Positions 28,151 through 37,231 of a DNA stretch of 64,000 bases are shown here, piece after piece. The position numbers and the translations under genes are program-made. A model generated the notes under the pieces. The model worked only from the letters and a program-made list of their open reading frames with translations, had not been told where the DNA came from and searched no databases. This DNA comes from Flavobacteriales bacterium (GTDB lineage Bacteria; Bacteroidota; Bacteroidia; Flavobacteriales_F; PHOS-HE28): NCBI GenBank assembly GCA_016703105.1, contig JADJCS010000020.1, positions 112,529-176,528 on the forward strand, given 5' to 3'. How positions within the stretch are numbered: the first letter of the stretch is position 1; the number at the start of each line of letters is the position of its first letter.

Positions 28151-29386
28151 GTGCGAAAGTCCTTCTTCCACATTCCTGCGCTGTTCTTGCTGTGCTTCAG
28201 CGTGCCGACGCTTGCCCAGCAAAGTATCCGGTTGACACAGGAGAACGGTGATTGTACCGGGGCCATTCCCATCCCCGATTCCGTGTACTACCAACCCTCG
28301 GCCGTACGCGGCTTCGGGAACAAATTGGAGATCAAGGAGAACCCCGTGGACCATACGCAGTGGTTCGAGCGGGAGCACCATACCACCTGGTATAAGTTCC
28401 GGTCGCCTGTCACCACCAAACTCACCTTCGACATCATCCCGGACAGTGTAGAGGACGACATCGATTTCCTTGTCTTCGAAGGGGCTGTGCCAGGGATCTG
28501 CGATAAGATCGCGAGCAAACAAGTGCAGCCCATCCGCTCGAACATTTCGCGCAACGACAAGGAGATGGGCAGCCGTTGCGGCCTCAGCGCCGATGCCCCT
28601 GACCAATTCGTTCGTTCCGGCATCGGTGCCAGCTACAGCAGTGCCATGGATGTGAAGGAGGGCGACCTCTTCTACCTGGTGATCGACTACCAGGACCGCC
28701 CGAAGGCCGGGTACACCATCCATTTCCACTACGACCCTGCTCCACCTCCGGTCCTCGTGGAGGATAAGACGGTCCAAAAGCAGCAGTTGGTGATCAACAT
28801 CATGGACGCGAAGAGCGGAAAGCCCGTGAAGGCCAACCTCACGATCGACGGTATGGTCTTCGACAAGGTGATCGAGGGGCGCGGAACGAGCACCTACAAT
28901 TATGAGATGGACATGTACCGGAGCCTGAAGATCGGCTGCACCAGCGAGGGCTACATGTTCACCACCGTCAAGGTGAAAGGGAACATGGAGCCCACGGTGA
29001 ACGTGGAACTGAAATTGACCCCCATCGCCCCTGGTGAGCACGTGGTACTGGACGATATCCGCTTCGTCGGCAATGAGGACAAGGTGCTCCGCTCGTCGGA
29101 AGCTTCCTTGCTGCTGCTCCTTCGCTTCATGCAGGACAACCCCAAGGTGAAGATCGAAGTGGAAGGCCATGTGAACGGGCCGACGTTCAAGAACAAGAAG
29201 GAGTTCATAGACCTGAGCACCTCCCGTGCGCGATCGGTGTATGAGTTCCTCATGGTGAACGACATCGAGGTGGAACGGATCAGTTATGTCGGATTCGGGA
29301 ACTCCCGGATGCTCTTCCCGGAGCCGAAGACCAAGGAACAGAGCGAGGCGAACCGCCGCGTGGAGATCAAGGTGCTCAGCAACTGA
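28151..29386 (+). CDS. OmpA-family protein with N-terminal domain of unknown function
   Basis: Signal MRKSFFHIPALFLLCFSVPTLAQQ. C-terminal OmpA-like domain (...STSRARSVYEFLM...NRRVEIKVL). GTG start. Confidence 0.85.
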   Translation: MRKSFFHIPALFLLCFSVPTLAQQSIRLTQENGDCTGAIPIPDSVYYQPSAVRGFGNKLEIKENPVDHTQWFEREHHTTWYKFRSPVTTKLTFDIIPDSVEDDIDFLVFEGAVPGICDKIASKQVQPIRSNISRNDKEMGSRCGLSADAPDQFVRSGIGASYSSAMDVKEGDLFYLVIDYQDRPKAGYTIHFHYDPAPPPVLVEDKTVQKQQLVINIMDAKSGKPVKANLTIDGMVFDKVIEGRGTSTYNYEMDMYRSLKIGCTSEGYMFTTVKVKGNMEPTVNVELKLTPIAPGEHVVLDDIRFVGNEDKVLRSSEASLLLLLRFMQDNPKVKIEVEGHVNGPTFKNKKEFIDLSTSRARSVYEFLMVNDIEVERISYVGFGNSRMLFPEPKTKEQSEANRRVEIKVLSN

Positions 29387-29449
29387 GCCCCGTTCGGCCC
29401 ATTGGGCCACCGTTCATCCATTCGCACCTTCGTGTCGCGGCCGCGCGGA

Positions 29450-29457
29450 TAGTTTTG
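29450..29457 (+). promoter_or_regulatory. candidate -7 promoter box (TAGTTTTG)
   Basis: Exact TAnnTTTG, 21 nt upstream of ATG 29478. Confidence 0.45.
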
Positions 29458-29477
29458 TCCATGGCGGCACGCGCCCA

Positions 29478-30917
29478 ATGCGCGCCACCGCCTTGGTGAT
29501 GCGTCGTATCCCCTTCTTCCCGTTCGTCCTCCTCGTCGTCTCCGCCCATGGTCAGTCCGGCTGGACGCTCGAGCAATGTGTGCAACGTGCCGAGGAGCGT
29601 AACCTCAGCCTGCGTGGTGCCATCCTCAATGCGGATCTGGCGGACAAGGCACGCGATCAATCCCTGTGGAACTACCTGCCGGATCTGAACGGGGCCGCCA
29701 CGCACGGCTACAACTACGGCCGTGTGATCGACCGGTTCACCAACACCTTCGCCACGGATCAGGTGCGGACCAACAACTTCTATCTCAGCAGCGATCTGAT
29801 GCTGTTCAACGGCCTGCGCAAGCACAACGAACGCCGACAGGCCGGCTTGAGCGCTGATGCGGCGATGCAGGGTACGGAAGCAGCGCGCAACATCGTGCGC
29901 ACGCAAGTGGTGCAACAATTCCTTGAGGTCCTCAGCATAGAGGAGCGCGTTCGCGCCACCGAAGCGCAACTCGCCAGTACCAGCCAGCAGGTGGACCGGA
30001 TGCAGGCCCTGGTGGATGCAGGCCGCAGCGCACGCGCCGAAGTGATGACCCTTATCTCGCAGCAAGCCCAGCAGGATTACACACTGGTCGATCTCCGCAA
30101 CCAGCGGGAGCGAGCTTTGCTTCGCCTGGCGCAAAGTCTGCAACTCGCTCCGGAGGAGGTTCCGACCTTCGCGCTTTCCGCACCGGCGCTGGGCGCTTTG
30201 GGCGTGGTGGAACCCGCGAGCGATGTGGAGAGCGTACTGACCAATGTGCTCGCTCAGGACCCGGCCTATAAGCAAAGCGAACTGGTGGCCTTGAGCGCTG
30301 AGCGTGGTGTGGCCATCGCACGGTCAGGCAGTGTGCCTTCGCTCATGTTCAATGCCTCGGCCGGGACAGGTTATTCCGGACGGAACCTTGAGACCGTCGG
30401 CGAGCCTGTCGAACTGGACCCCACGCCCATCGGATACACCCTGAACGGGGACATCGTCTACACCCCTTCCTTCGACTACGATACCCAGGTGCGTCCGTTC
30501 GGCAAGCAGTTGGACGATAACCTGAACGAATCCCTGGGCTTCACGCTGAACGTGCCCATCTTCAATAACATGCGCAACCGACTGGCGGTGGATCAAGCAA
30601 GGGTGCAACATGAACAGGCCAAGTTGGATGTTGCCGCGATGAAGGATACACGACGGCGTGATGTGCAGGACGCCATTCTCACCCAACGCGGGGCCTTCAA
30701 TCAATACCAGGCCGCACAACGCGCGGTGGACGCGGCGGAAGAGAACCTTCGTTACGCTGAGGCGCGGTTCGAACAGGGCGCAGCCAATTCCTTGGAGCTG
30801 AACACGGCGAAGAACGACCTCCAACGCGTGATGGCGGATCGCATCACTGCGAAGTACACTTATGTAATGGCCGCCAAGTTGTTGGACATCCTGCAAGGGT
30901 TGCCGTTGACCCTCTGA
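29478..30917 (+). CDS. TolC-family outer-membrane efflux protein
   Basis: Signal peptide, then WTLEQCVQRAEERNLSLR, and two OEP repeats. ATG 29478 is preferred over the track start at 29286. Confidence 0.85.
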   Translation: MRATALVMRRIPFFPFVLLVVSAHGQSGWTLEQCVQRAEERNLSLRGAILNADLADKARDQSLWNYLPDLNGAATHGYNYGRVIDRFTNTFATDQVRTNNFYLSSDLMLFNGLRKHNERRQAGLSADAAMQGTEAARNIVRTQVVQQFLEVLSIEERVRATEAQLASTSQQVDRMQALVDAGRSARAEVMTLISQQAQQDYTLVDLRNQRERALLRLAQSLQLAPEEVPTFALSAPALGALGVVEPASDVESVLTNVLAQDPAYKQSELVALSAERGVAIARSGSVPSLMFNASAGTGYSGRNLETVGEPVELDPTPIGYTLNGDIVYTPSFDYDTQVRPFGKQLDDNLNESLGFTLNVPIFNNMRNRLAVDQARVQHEQAKLDVAAMKDTRRRDVQDAILTQRGAFNQYQAAQRAVDAAEENLRYAEARFEQGAANSLELNTAKNDLQRVMADRITAKYTYVMAAKLLDILQGLPLTL

Positions 30918-30920
30918 GCC

Positions 30921-31628
30921 ATGGCCCTGATCCTCTGTCTGGAGACCGCCACGCATTTGTGCTCGGTAGCCTTGGTGAGGGATGGGAGGGTAGTGGCGGA
31001 ACGGAACGAAGAAGGAGCCGGGCACATCCATGCAGAGCGGCTGCATGTCCTGGTGCAGCAGGTGATGGCGCAGGCTATGGTCGCCTTCGATCGGTTGAAC
31101 GCGGTAGCTGTTGGGATCGGCCCGGGCAGTTATACTGGCCTGCGTATCGGGGTGAGCGCTGCGAAAGGCTATTGCCACGCGCTGGGGATCCCGATCATCG
31201 GGATCAGCACCTTGCGGATACTGGAGGCGGCGTTCCGAGGGTTGGAAGGGAGCGCCCCGAACGGTGGAATTCTGTTACCCATGATCGACGCGCGGCGCAT
31301 GGAAGTGTTCACGCTTCCGATGGACCCAGGAGGAAAGCCCGAACCCGATGGTGCCATGCCGCTGATCCTGGACGAGGCCTGGAGGCGTTCATTGAACCTC
31401 GCCGGACCGTGCGTGGTCTTCGGGGACGGTGCGGACAAGGCAGCCTCGTTCTGGCGGACGGAAGAAATGGTGGAGCACGTGCCGGGCGTGAAGCCCTGGG
31501 CGCGTGCCATGGCTTCGAACGCCCAGGAACGGCTCGCGCGAGAACAGGTGGACGATCTGGCCTATCTGGTCCCCAAGTACGGCAAGGAGGCGAACGTTAC
31601 CGCGCAGGCGCGACCAACCGCTTCATAG
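30921..31628 (+). CDS. tsaB: tRNA t6A biosynthesis protein TsaB
   Basis: ILCLETATHLCSVAL...AVAVGIGPGSYTGLRIGVSAAKG, the YeaZ/TsaB signature. Confidence 0.88.
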   Translation: MALILCLETATHLCSVALVRDGRVVAERNEEGAGHIHAERLHVLVQQVMAQAMVAFDRLNAVAVGIGPGSYTGLRIGVSAAKGYCHALGIPIIGISTLRILEAAFRGLEGSAPNGGILLPMIDARRMEVFTLPMDPGGKPEPDGAMPLILDEAWRRSLNLAGPCVVFGDGADKAASFWRTEEMVEHVPGVKPWARAMASNAQERLAREQVDDLAYLVPKYGKEANVTAQARPTAS

Positions 31629-32123
31629 ACCCGCGAGGATCACCATCAGGGCCAGGGGATCCAATTCCCCTTCGAGCCGGAGCAACGCATCGCTCTTCAC
31701 GCCGAAAGCGCCCTCCGCCAGGTAGACCGTGTTGCCATCCACCAGGAAGGCGCCATCGCCTTTGTTGCAGAAGGCGCCGTCAGCGCGGAACACTTTGTTC
31801 TTTTCCAGGATCAGAGCACAGCTGCTCCTAGCGCAACCGGTACCGCTGCAACGGACGAGTGTGTTCCCATCGGCCACGAACGCACATTGGCCGAGGGCGC
31901 CGTACGCGTCCGCCGCACGATAGACCTGGTCGCCCTGTATGATGTACAGACACGGCCCGCGCACACCGAACGGCCCGGAGGCCTGGTGGATCCGGTCCCC
32001 CTCCACAAGGAAGGCCGCATCACCGGTGTTGGCGAAAGGCCCATAAGCCCAACGCACGAGCACGCCTTGCCCGATCATTTGCATGGCGGGTACCAACGCG
32101 CACAGCACCAGCACTGTTCTCAT
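31623..32123 (-). CDS. small secreted protein composed of 22-residue tandem repeats, unknown function
   Basis: Signal [19 protein letters not shown], six contiguous 22-aa repeats, a hydrophobic C-terminus and GC-rich third positions. The ATG overlaps the upstream stop (ATGA at 32120-32123). Confidence 0.7.
   Translation of the reverse strand: MRTVLVLCALVPAMQMIGQGVLVRWAYGPFANTGDAAFLVEGDRIHQASGPFGVRGPCLYIIQGDQVYRAADAYGALGQCAFVADGNTLVRCSGTGCARSSCALILEKNKVFRADGAFCNKGDGAFLVDGNTVYLAEGAFGVKSDALLRLEGELDPLALMVILAGL
31680..32075 (-). repeat. six tandem 66-nt (22-codon) coding repeats
   Basis: The units are IGQGVLVRWAYGPFANTGDAAF / LVEGDRIHQASGPFGVRGPCLY / IIQGDQVYRAADAYGALGQCAF / VADGNTLVRCSGTGCARSSCAL / ILEKNKVFRADGAFCNKGDGAF / LVDGNTVYLAEGAFGVKSDALL. 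Confidence 0.7.
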
Positions 32124-33019
32124 CGCCGCTCGGTATGGTAGCGCATGATGCGGATCATGTTCGACTCCAGGTCCTGGCTCAGTCGCGCCTTCAAGAACAT
32201 CGTGTTCTCCTCGTACAAGTATTCGTCCCGTCGCACCGCTTTGTCCCCGTGATAGAGGTCGGAGGCGGTAAGGTTGCCCGCCACGTCGTAGTGGTAAAGT
32301 TCCTTCACCGTGCGTGGGTCCAAGAGATCGGCTTGCACGATACGTTCGGCCAGACGCCCTTTCTCATTGTACCGGAACGTGACCCGGGAACGACGCCCAC
32401 TGACCAGGTACCGGTCCTCGATGCTACGGAGGTAGCCCCAGCGGTCATAGGCATGGCGTTGTTCGCGATAGGGGAGCCCCCGGTTGTTCAATGTGGTGCG
32501 GATCCAAGCCGTATCGCTTTCGGTGCGGTAGACATGCCTCTCTTGGCTGATCACGGTGCGTTGGCCAGCAAGGAACTGGTATCGGTCCGGCCCCAGGTTC
32601 TCAACGCGCACGTAGGTTTCGCTCGTAACACGGCACAAGGAGTCGTAGGTACGTTCCGTGAGGTAGTGGCCGGCCAGGTCGTTCCGCAGACTTTCCTTCA
32701 CACAACCGTCCGCATCATAGGTGCTCACGGTCGATGCGGTGTCCGTACCCGTACCCGGTCGCCCAAAGGACGTGTTCGCATACACCTGGCGACCGAGATC
32801 ATCGAACTTGTACAACGTGCGTTCTCGTTGCTCTCGAATGGGTTGTCCATCGCGCTTCACCGACGGTGTGCCGATAATGGCGGTGACGCCGTTGCGTTGG
32901 ATGAAAGCGGGATCCCAGACCGGCTGAGGCGTATCCTCCGGAACGGTCGGAACGCTGAGTACCTGCGCCATACTGTACGGGACCATTGCCATGGTCACCA
33001 TCGAGGTCCAGCCTCTCAT
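32120..33019 (-). CDS. hypothetical exported protein with YD-like repeats
   Basis: [19 protein letters not shown] signal-like N-terminus. Recurring Y-x-Y/F-D-x-x-G-R/N motifs ([29 protein letters not shown]). ATG 33019 overlaps the upstream stop (ATGA). Confidence 0.7.
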   Translation of the reverse strand: MRGWTSMVTMAMVPYSMAQVLSVPTVPEDTPQPVWDPAFIQRNGVTAIIGTPSVKRDGQPIREQRERTLYKFDDLGRQVYANTSFGRPGTGTDTASTVSTYDADGCVKESLRNDLAGHYLTERTYDSLCRVTSETYVRVENLGPDRYQFLAGQRTVISQERHVYRTESDTAWIRTTLNNRGLPYREQRHAYDRWGYLRSIEDRYLVSGRRSRVTFRYNEKGRLAERIVQADLLDPRTVKELYHYDVAGNLTASDLYHGDKAVRRDEYLYEENTMFLKARLSQDLESNMIRIMRYHTERR

Positions 33020-35133
33020 CGCATCTGCTTCAGGGCATCCCCCACTGAGATCACAGGAAGCTGGCACACCTTGTTCTCGCATACGAAAATGGTGCTGCTT
33101 CCCTCCAGCACTTTGTTCTCGAGCAAGGGAAGTTCGCTACCCGATGCGGTGCCGAGGAAAATGCGGTTGGGGACGTAGCTGACCTGGAACTCCTGCCGAA
33201 GTCGTAGGCACTCGGGGCCGGTGATCGCGATCTCGTAGAACGGGAAGACATGTCCGAGCATCAGGCGGGCCCAATTGGAGTAGCCCGTCGGGTAATCCTT
33301 CATCTGTCCCTTCACGTTCTGTAGCATCTGCTCGCTCATCAGAAGGTAGGCGGGCTTGTCGAGCAAATGCCCGAGCATGAACAATGCGTTCGCCATGCTG
33401 GAGTTCGAAGCGGGGATCACATTGTCGTTCACCTCTTTGCGGCGCGCGACGAGCGGTGGGTCGAGGTCGCTCGTGAAGTGGAACATGGCGCTGGTCCGGT
33501 CATGGAAATGGGCGATCGCGTAGGCCATCAACACATCCGCGTCCTTCAACCAGCGTTCCTCGAACGTGACGCCGTAGAGGGCGGTGAGTGCCTCGATGGT
33601 GAAGCAGTAATCCTCCAAATAGCCGTTGATGGTGGCTTTGTCGTTCTTGTAGTTGTGCCAAAGCCCACCATCGCTGCGGCGACACTTGCCCAACAGCAGG
33701 TCCATCGTGGTTCGCGCTTGTTGCAAATAAGCCGTTGTGCCGAAGGCTTCGTAAGCATCGCAATAAGCCTCCACCATCATCGCGTTCCAACTCACCAGCG
33801 ACTTGTCGTCCAACCCGGGTGCTACGCGCTGCTTGCGCATTTGATAGAGCTTTTGATTGATGCGATCGATGCTTTGCCGAAGCTGCTCTTCGCTCAAGTT
33901 GTTCCGTTTCGCGAACTCCGCATCGCTCTGCGTGCGCAGGAGAATATTGCGACCCTCTTCCCATAGCGCCGCACCGCCCACGTTGTAATAGGCCGCGGCG
34001 ATCGGGTGGTCTTCGCCTAGCGCCGCCTTCAGTTCGCTCTCGGTCCATACATAGAAGCGACCCTCTTCGCCCTCGCTGTCCGCGTCCAATGCGCTGTAAT
34101 AAGCACCTTCCGGCGATCGCATCTCCCGCTCCAGAAAACTCAATGTCCGCTCCACCACGCGTCGGTACTCGGGTTTCCGATAGGCGAGGTACGCCTGGCT
34201 GTAAAGACTTACGAGTTGGGCATTGTCGTACAACATCTTCTCGAAGTGCGGTACTTTCCAGAGCACATCGGTGCTGTAGCGCGCGAAGCCACCCCCCACT
34301 TGATCGAACAAGCCACCGAACGCCATCTTGTCCAAGGTAAGTTCCACATGGCGCTTCAGGCCGCTGTCGTTCGTGAGCCAGGCATGGCGCAAAAGGAAGA
34401 GGTAGTTATTGGGCATTGGGAACTTGGGCGCGTGGTCCGGACCACCATGCTCGCGGTCCAATTGCCCCTCCCAGGAATCCACGTACGCCTCCAGTTCCTT
34501 ACGGGTGAAGGGCGCCGGATCGCTGTTCAGAGTGATCAGGTCCAGTTCGGCGATGCCCTTCTGCAACTGGTCCGCATAGGAGCGGACGCGATCCGGTTCG
34601 TGCTTCCAAGTGGTGCCAAGGTCCTGTAGCATCTGCTTCCATTGATCGGGCGGGAAATAGGTGCCGCCATAAACAGGTCGGCCATCTGGTAGGGTGAAAC
34701 AGTTCAACGGCCAACCACCACGACCGCTCATCAGCTGCACGGCGCCCATATACACCTGGTCGACGTCTGGGCGTTCTTCGCGATCCACTTTGATGCAGAT
34801 GAAACGCTCGTTCATAATGGCCGCGATGCTGTCGTTCTCGAAGCTCTCGCGCTCCATCACATGGCACCAATGGCAACTGCTGTAGCCCACGCTCACCAAG
34901 ACTAATTTGTTCTGTTCTTTCGCAGAGTCGAAGGCCTCTGTGCCCCAGGGGAACCAATCCACCGGGTTGTGGGCGTGCTGGAGCAGGTAGGGACTGGTCT
35001 CCTTCGCCAGGCGGTTGGTGTGTTTGTGGGCGGTGGTGTCTTGCATGTCCGGATCGGCTGTACCGATTGTTCCGCCGCATCCCGTGAAAAGTGCCAGCAC
35101 AATGGCCGGGGAGAGCAGGTAAGAGCGGTGCAT
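33016..35133 (-). CDS. thioredoxin-domain (DUF255) / six-hairpin glycosidase-like protein, lipoprotein signal
   Basis: LALFTGCGG lipobox. [26 protein letters not shown]...[18 protein letters not shown] is the YyaL/SPATA20-like family signature. Confidence 0.88.
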   Translation of the reverse strand: MHRSYLLSPAIVLALFTGCGGTIGTADPDMQDTTAHKHTNRLAKETSPYLLQHAHNPVDWFPWGTEAFDSAKEQNKLVLVSVGYSSCHWCHVMERESFENDSIAAIMNERFICIKVDREERPDVDQVYMGAVQLMSGRGGWPLNCFTLPDGRPVYGGTYFPPDQWKQMLQDLGTTWKHEPDRVRSYADQLQKGIAELDLITLNSDPAPFTRKELEAYVDSWEGQLDREHGGPDHAPKFPMPNNYLFLLRHAWLTNDSGLKRHVELTLDKMAFGGLFDQVGGGFARYSTDVLWKVPHFEKMLYDNAQLVSLYSQAYLAYRKPEYRRVVERTLSFLEREMRSPEGAYYSALDADSEGEEGRFYVWTESELKAALGEDHPIAAAYYNVGGAALWEEGRNILLRTQSDAEFAKRNNLSEEQLRQSIDRINQKLYQMRKQRVAPGLDDKSLVSWNAMMVEAYCDAYEAFGTTAYLQQARTTMDLLLGKCRRSDGGLWHNYKNDKATINGYLEDYCFTIEALTALYGVTFEERWLKDADVLMAYAIAHFHDRTSAMFHFTSDLDPPLVARRKEVNDNVIPASNSSMANALFMLGHLLDKPAYLLMSEQMLQNVKGQMKDYPTGYSNWARLMLGHVFPFYEIAITGPECLRLRQEFQVSYVPNRIFLGTASGSELPLLENKVLEGSSTIFVCENKVCQLPVISVGDALKQMR

Positions 35134-35214
35134 GGTCCGTCAAAGTAACGGTCGTGGGTCGCCCGTCTTGCAGGGCTGGTGACCCTTGCCGCCAACATGC
35201 GTCCGTGGACGGCG

Positions 35215-35682
35215 TCAGCGGTCCATATCCACCTGCTCCTCCAGTTTGAACGGGAAGCGTTTGCGCAGAAGCCCTGCTCTCCCCATCACCGTGCCCTCCG
35301 CGCGCAATCGCATTTCCCCGCCAAGTGCCGCGCCGAGTCCGAACAAGAGCAGGGGAATACCTGCACCCTGCAATTGGGCATGCATGGGGATCACCACGTG
35401 CTCCGTGCTTCGCGGCGATAGGCCTACAGCGCTATCCAGTAAAGCCTTGCCGATGAACGCATCATTGATGAACAGGTCCACATCCGGGTCCTGGACGGTG
35501 ATCTTGAAGTTGTTCGGATTGTGTACCCGGAGCACGGCGCGTATGGCGATCCCCTGATCATCCATCGAGGTGATGCTCACTTCGTCCACCGCTTCCAAAA
35601 TGACGTCCTCGTAGCTCGCGCAACCGACCAACAATGCCGGAACCAATACCACCCAAGCGGTTCCAAGGAGGCGGCGGGCCAT
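35215..35682 (-). CDS. LEA type 2 (NDR1/HIN1-like) family lipoprotein
   Basis: MARRLLGTAWVVLVPALLVGCAS lipobox, then ...RAVLRVHNPNNFKITVQDPDVDLFIND, typical of the LEA_2 fold. Confidence 0.7.
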   Translation of the reverse strand: MARRLLGTAWVVLVPALLVGCASYEDVILEAVDEVSITSMDDQGIAIRAVLRVHNPNNFKITVQDPDVDLFINDAFIGKALLDSAVGLSPRSTEHVVIPMHAQLQGAGIPLLLFGLGAALGGEMRLRAEGTVMGRAGLLRKRFPFKLEEQVDMDR

Positions 35683-35688
35683 GGTGGG

Positions 35689-37068
35689 TCAGCTATTGTC
35701 GTCCATCATTGCCGCGTAGTGGTGGAAGAAGCGCGGGATGGTGCGGATGCCCTGCATGTAGTTGAACACGCCGTAGTGCTCATCCGGGCTATGGATGTTG
35801 TCCGAATCCAGCCCGAAACCGAATAGTACGGTCTTCAGCCCGAGTTCCTGCTCGAAGAGGGCCACGATCGGGATGCTACCACCGCCGCGAGTAGGAATGG
35901 GTTTCTTACCGAAGGTCTCCTCCATGGCCTTGCTTGCGGCTTTGTAAGCCACCGAATCGATCGGGGTGACGGCGGCTTCGCCACCATGGTGCGGGCGCAC
36001 GACCACTTTCACTCCGGGGGGAGCGATCCGCACGAAGTGGTCCTGGAAAAGCTTGGTGATGGACTCGCTCTTTTGATCGGGCACCAGCCGCATGCTGATC
36101 TTCGCAAAAGCTTTCGAAGGCAGAACCGTTTTGGCGCCTTCGCCGATATACCCCCCCCAGATACCGTTCACATCCAACGTGGGACGGATACTGCTCCGTT
36201 CTTCGGTGGTGAAGCCCTTCTCGCCGCGCACCGCAGCGATGCCCAGGTCCTTCATATACGCCTCCTCATTGAACGGCGCCTCGGCGAGCGCCTTCCTCTC
36301 GGCCGCGCTCAGGTCCTTCACCGCATCGTAGAATCCGGGGATGGTGACGCGTCTGTCAGCATCGTGCATGCTCGCGATCATCTCGCACAGTGCATTGATC
36401 GGATTGGTCACAGCGCCCCCGTATACTCCGCTGTGCAGATCGCGGTTCGGGCCGGTCACCTCCACTTCCAGATAGCTTAGTCCGCGGAGCCCCGTGTTGA
36501 TGCTGGGTACATCGTTCGCGATCATCGCGGTGTCACTGATCAACACCACATCGGCCTTCAGTTTGGCCTTGTTGTTCGCGACGAAAATGCCCAGGTTGTC
36601 GGATCCCACCTCCTCCTCTCCCTCGATCATGATCTTCACGTTGCAGGGCAGCGCGTTCTCCTTCAACATGGCCTCCACGGCCTTCACATGCATGTAGAAC
36701 TGACCCTTGTCATCCGCGCTGCCGCGGGCATAGATCACATCGTTCTTGATCACCGGTTCGAAGGGGGGGGATGTCCAAAGGTCCAGAGGATCAGCCGGTT
36801 GCACGTCGTAGTGGCCGTAAATGAGCACCGTCGGCTTCCGGGGGTCCACGATCTTCTCAGCGTACACGATGGGATGGCCTGCTGTTGGGCAGATCTCCGC
36901 TCCGTCCAGCCCGGCTTCCACAAAACGGGCCTTGACCGCTTCGGCGCAACGTTGCACATCCGCTTTGTACTTGGGGTCTGCGCTCACTGAAGGGATGCGC
37001 AGAAGGTCAAGGAGCTCATTAAGGAAGCGCTCTTTGTGCGTTTCGATGTACTGTGGGACGTTACTCAC
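35689..37068 (-). CDS. M20-family dipeptidase / metallohydrolase
   Basis: LLRIPSVSADP..., HYDVQP, GRGSADDKG, EGEEEVGS and a C-terminal HSPDEH. GTG start. Confidence 0.88.
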   Translation of the reverse strand: MSNVPQYIETHKERFLNELLDLLRIPSVSADPKYKADVQRCAEAVKARFVEAGLDGAEICPTAGHPIVYAEKIVDPRKPTVLIYGHYDVQPADPLDLWTSPPFEPVIKNDVIYARGSADDKGQFYMHVKAVEAMLKENALPCNVKIMIEGEEEVGSDNLGIFVANNKAKLKADVVLISDTAMIANDVPSINTGLRGLSYLEVEVTGPNRDLHSGVYGGAVTNPINALCEMIASMHDADRRVTIPGFYDAVKDLSAAERKALAEAPFNEEAYMKDLGIAAVRGEKGFTTEERSSIRPTLDVNGIWGGYIGEGAKTVLPSKAFAKISMRLVPDQKSESITKLFQDHFVRIAPPGVKVVVRPHHGGEAAVTPIDSVAYKAASKAMEETFGKKPIPTRGGGSIPIVALFEQELGLKTVLFGFGLDSDNIHSPDEHYGVFNYMQGIRTIPRFFHHYAAMMDDNS

Positions 37069-37231
37069 TGTAATTCGGGATTGACGCGCTGTTCTAAAAG
37101 CGGGAATTTCGCGCGATGGGGCCTAAAGATAGGAGCCTCGCCAACTGCTCACCCTGCGCCGCCAATTGCTCATTCCAGAATGTCCGGCCGACACTGACCC
37201 GGTTGTTTCGCCTCCTGAAAGACAACCCACC

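Noticed and set aside
37201-37227. Stem-loop GGTTGTTTC-GCCTCCT-GAAAGACAACC ending 4 nt before the first adhesin ATG. The loop contains CCUCCU.
   Set aside because: It has only 9 bp with two single-base bulges. There is no comparable structure before the two paralogues, and Bacteroidota generally do not rely on SD pairing. The evidence for a regulatory role is insufficient.
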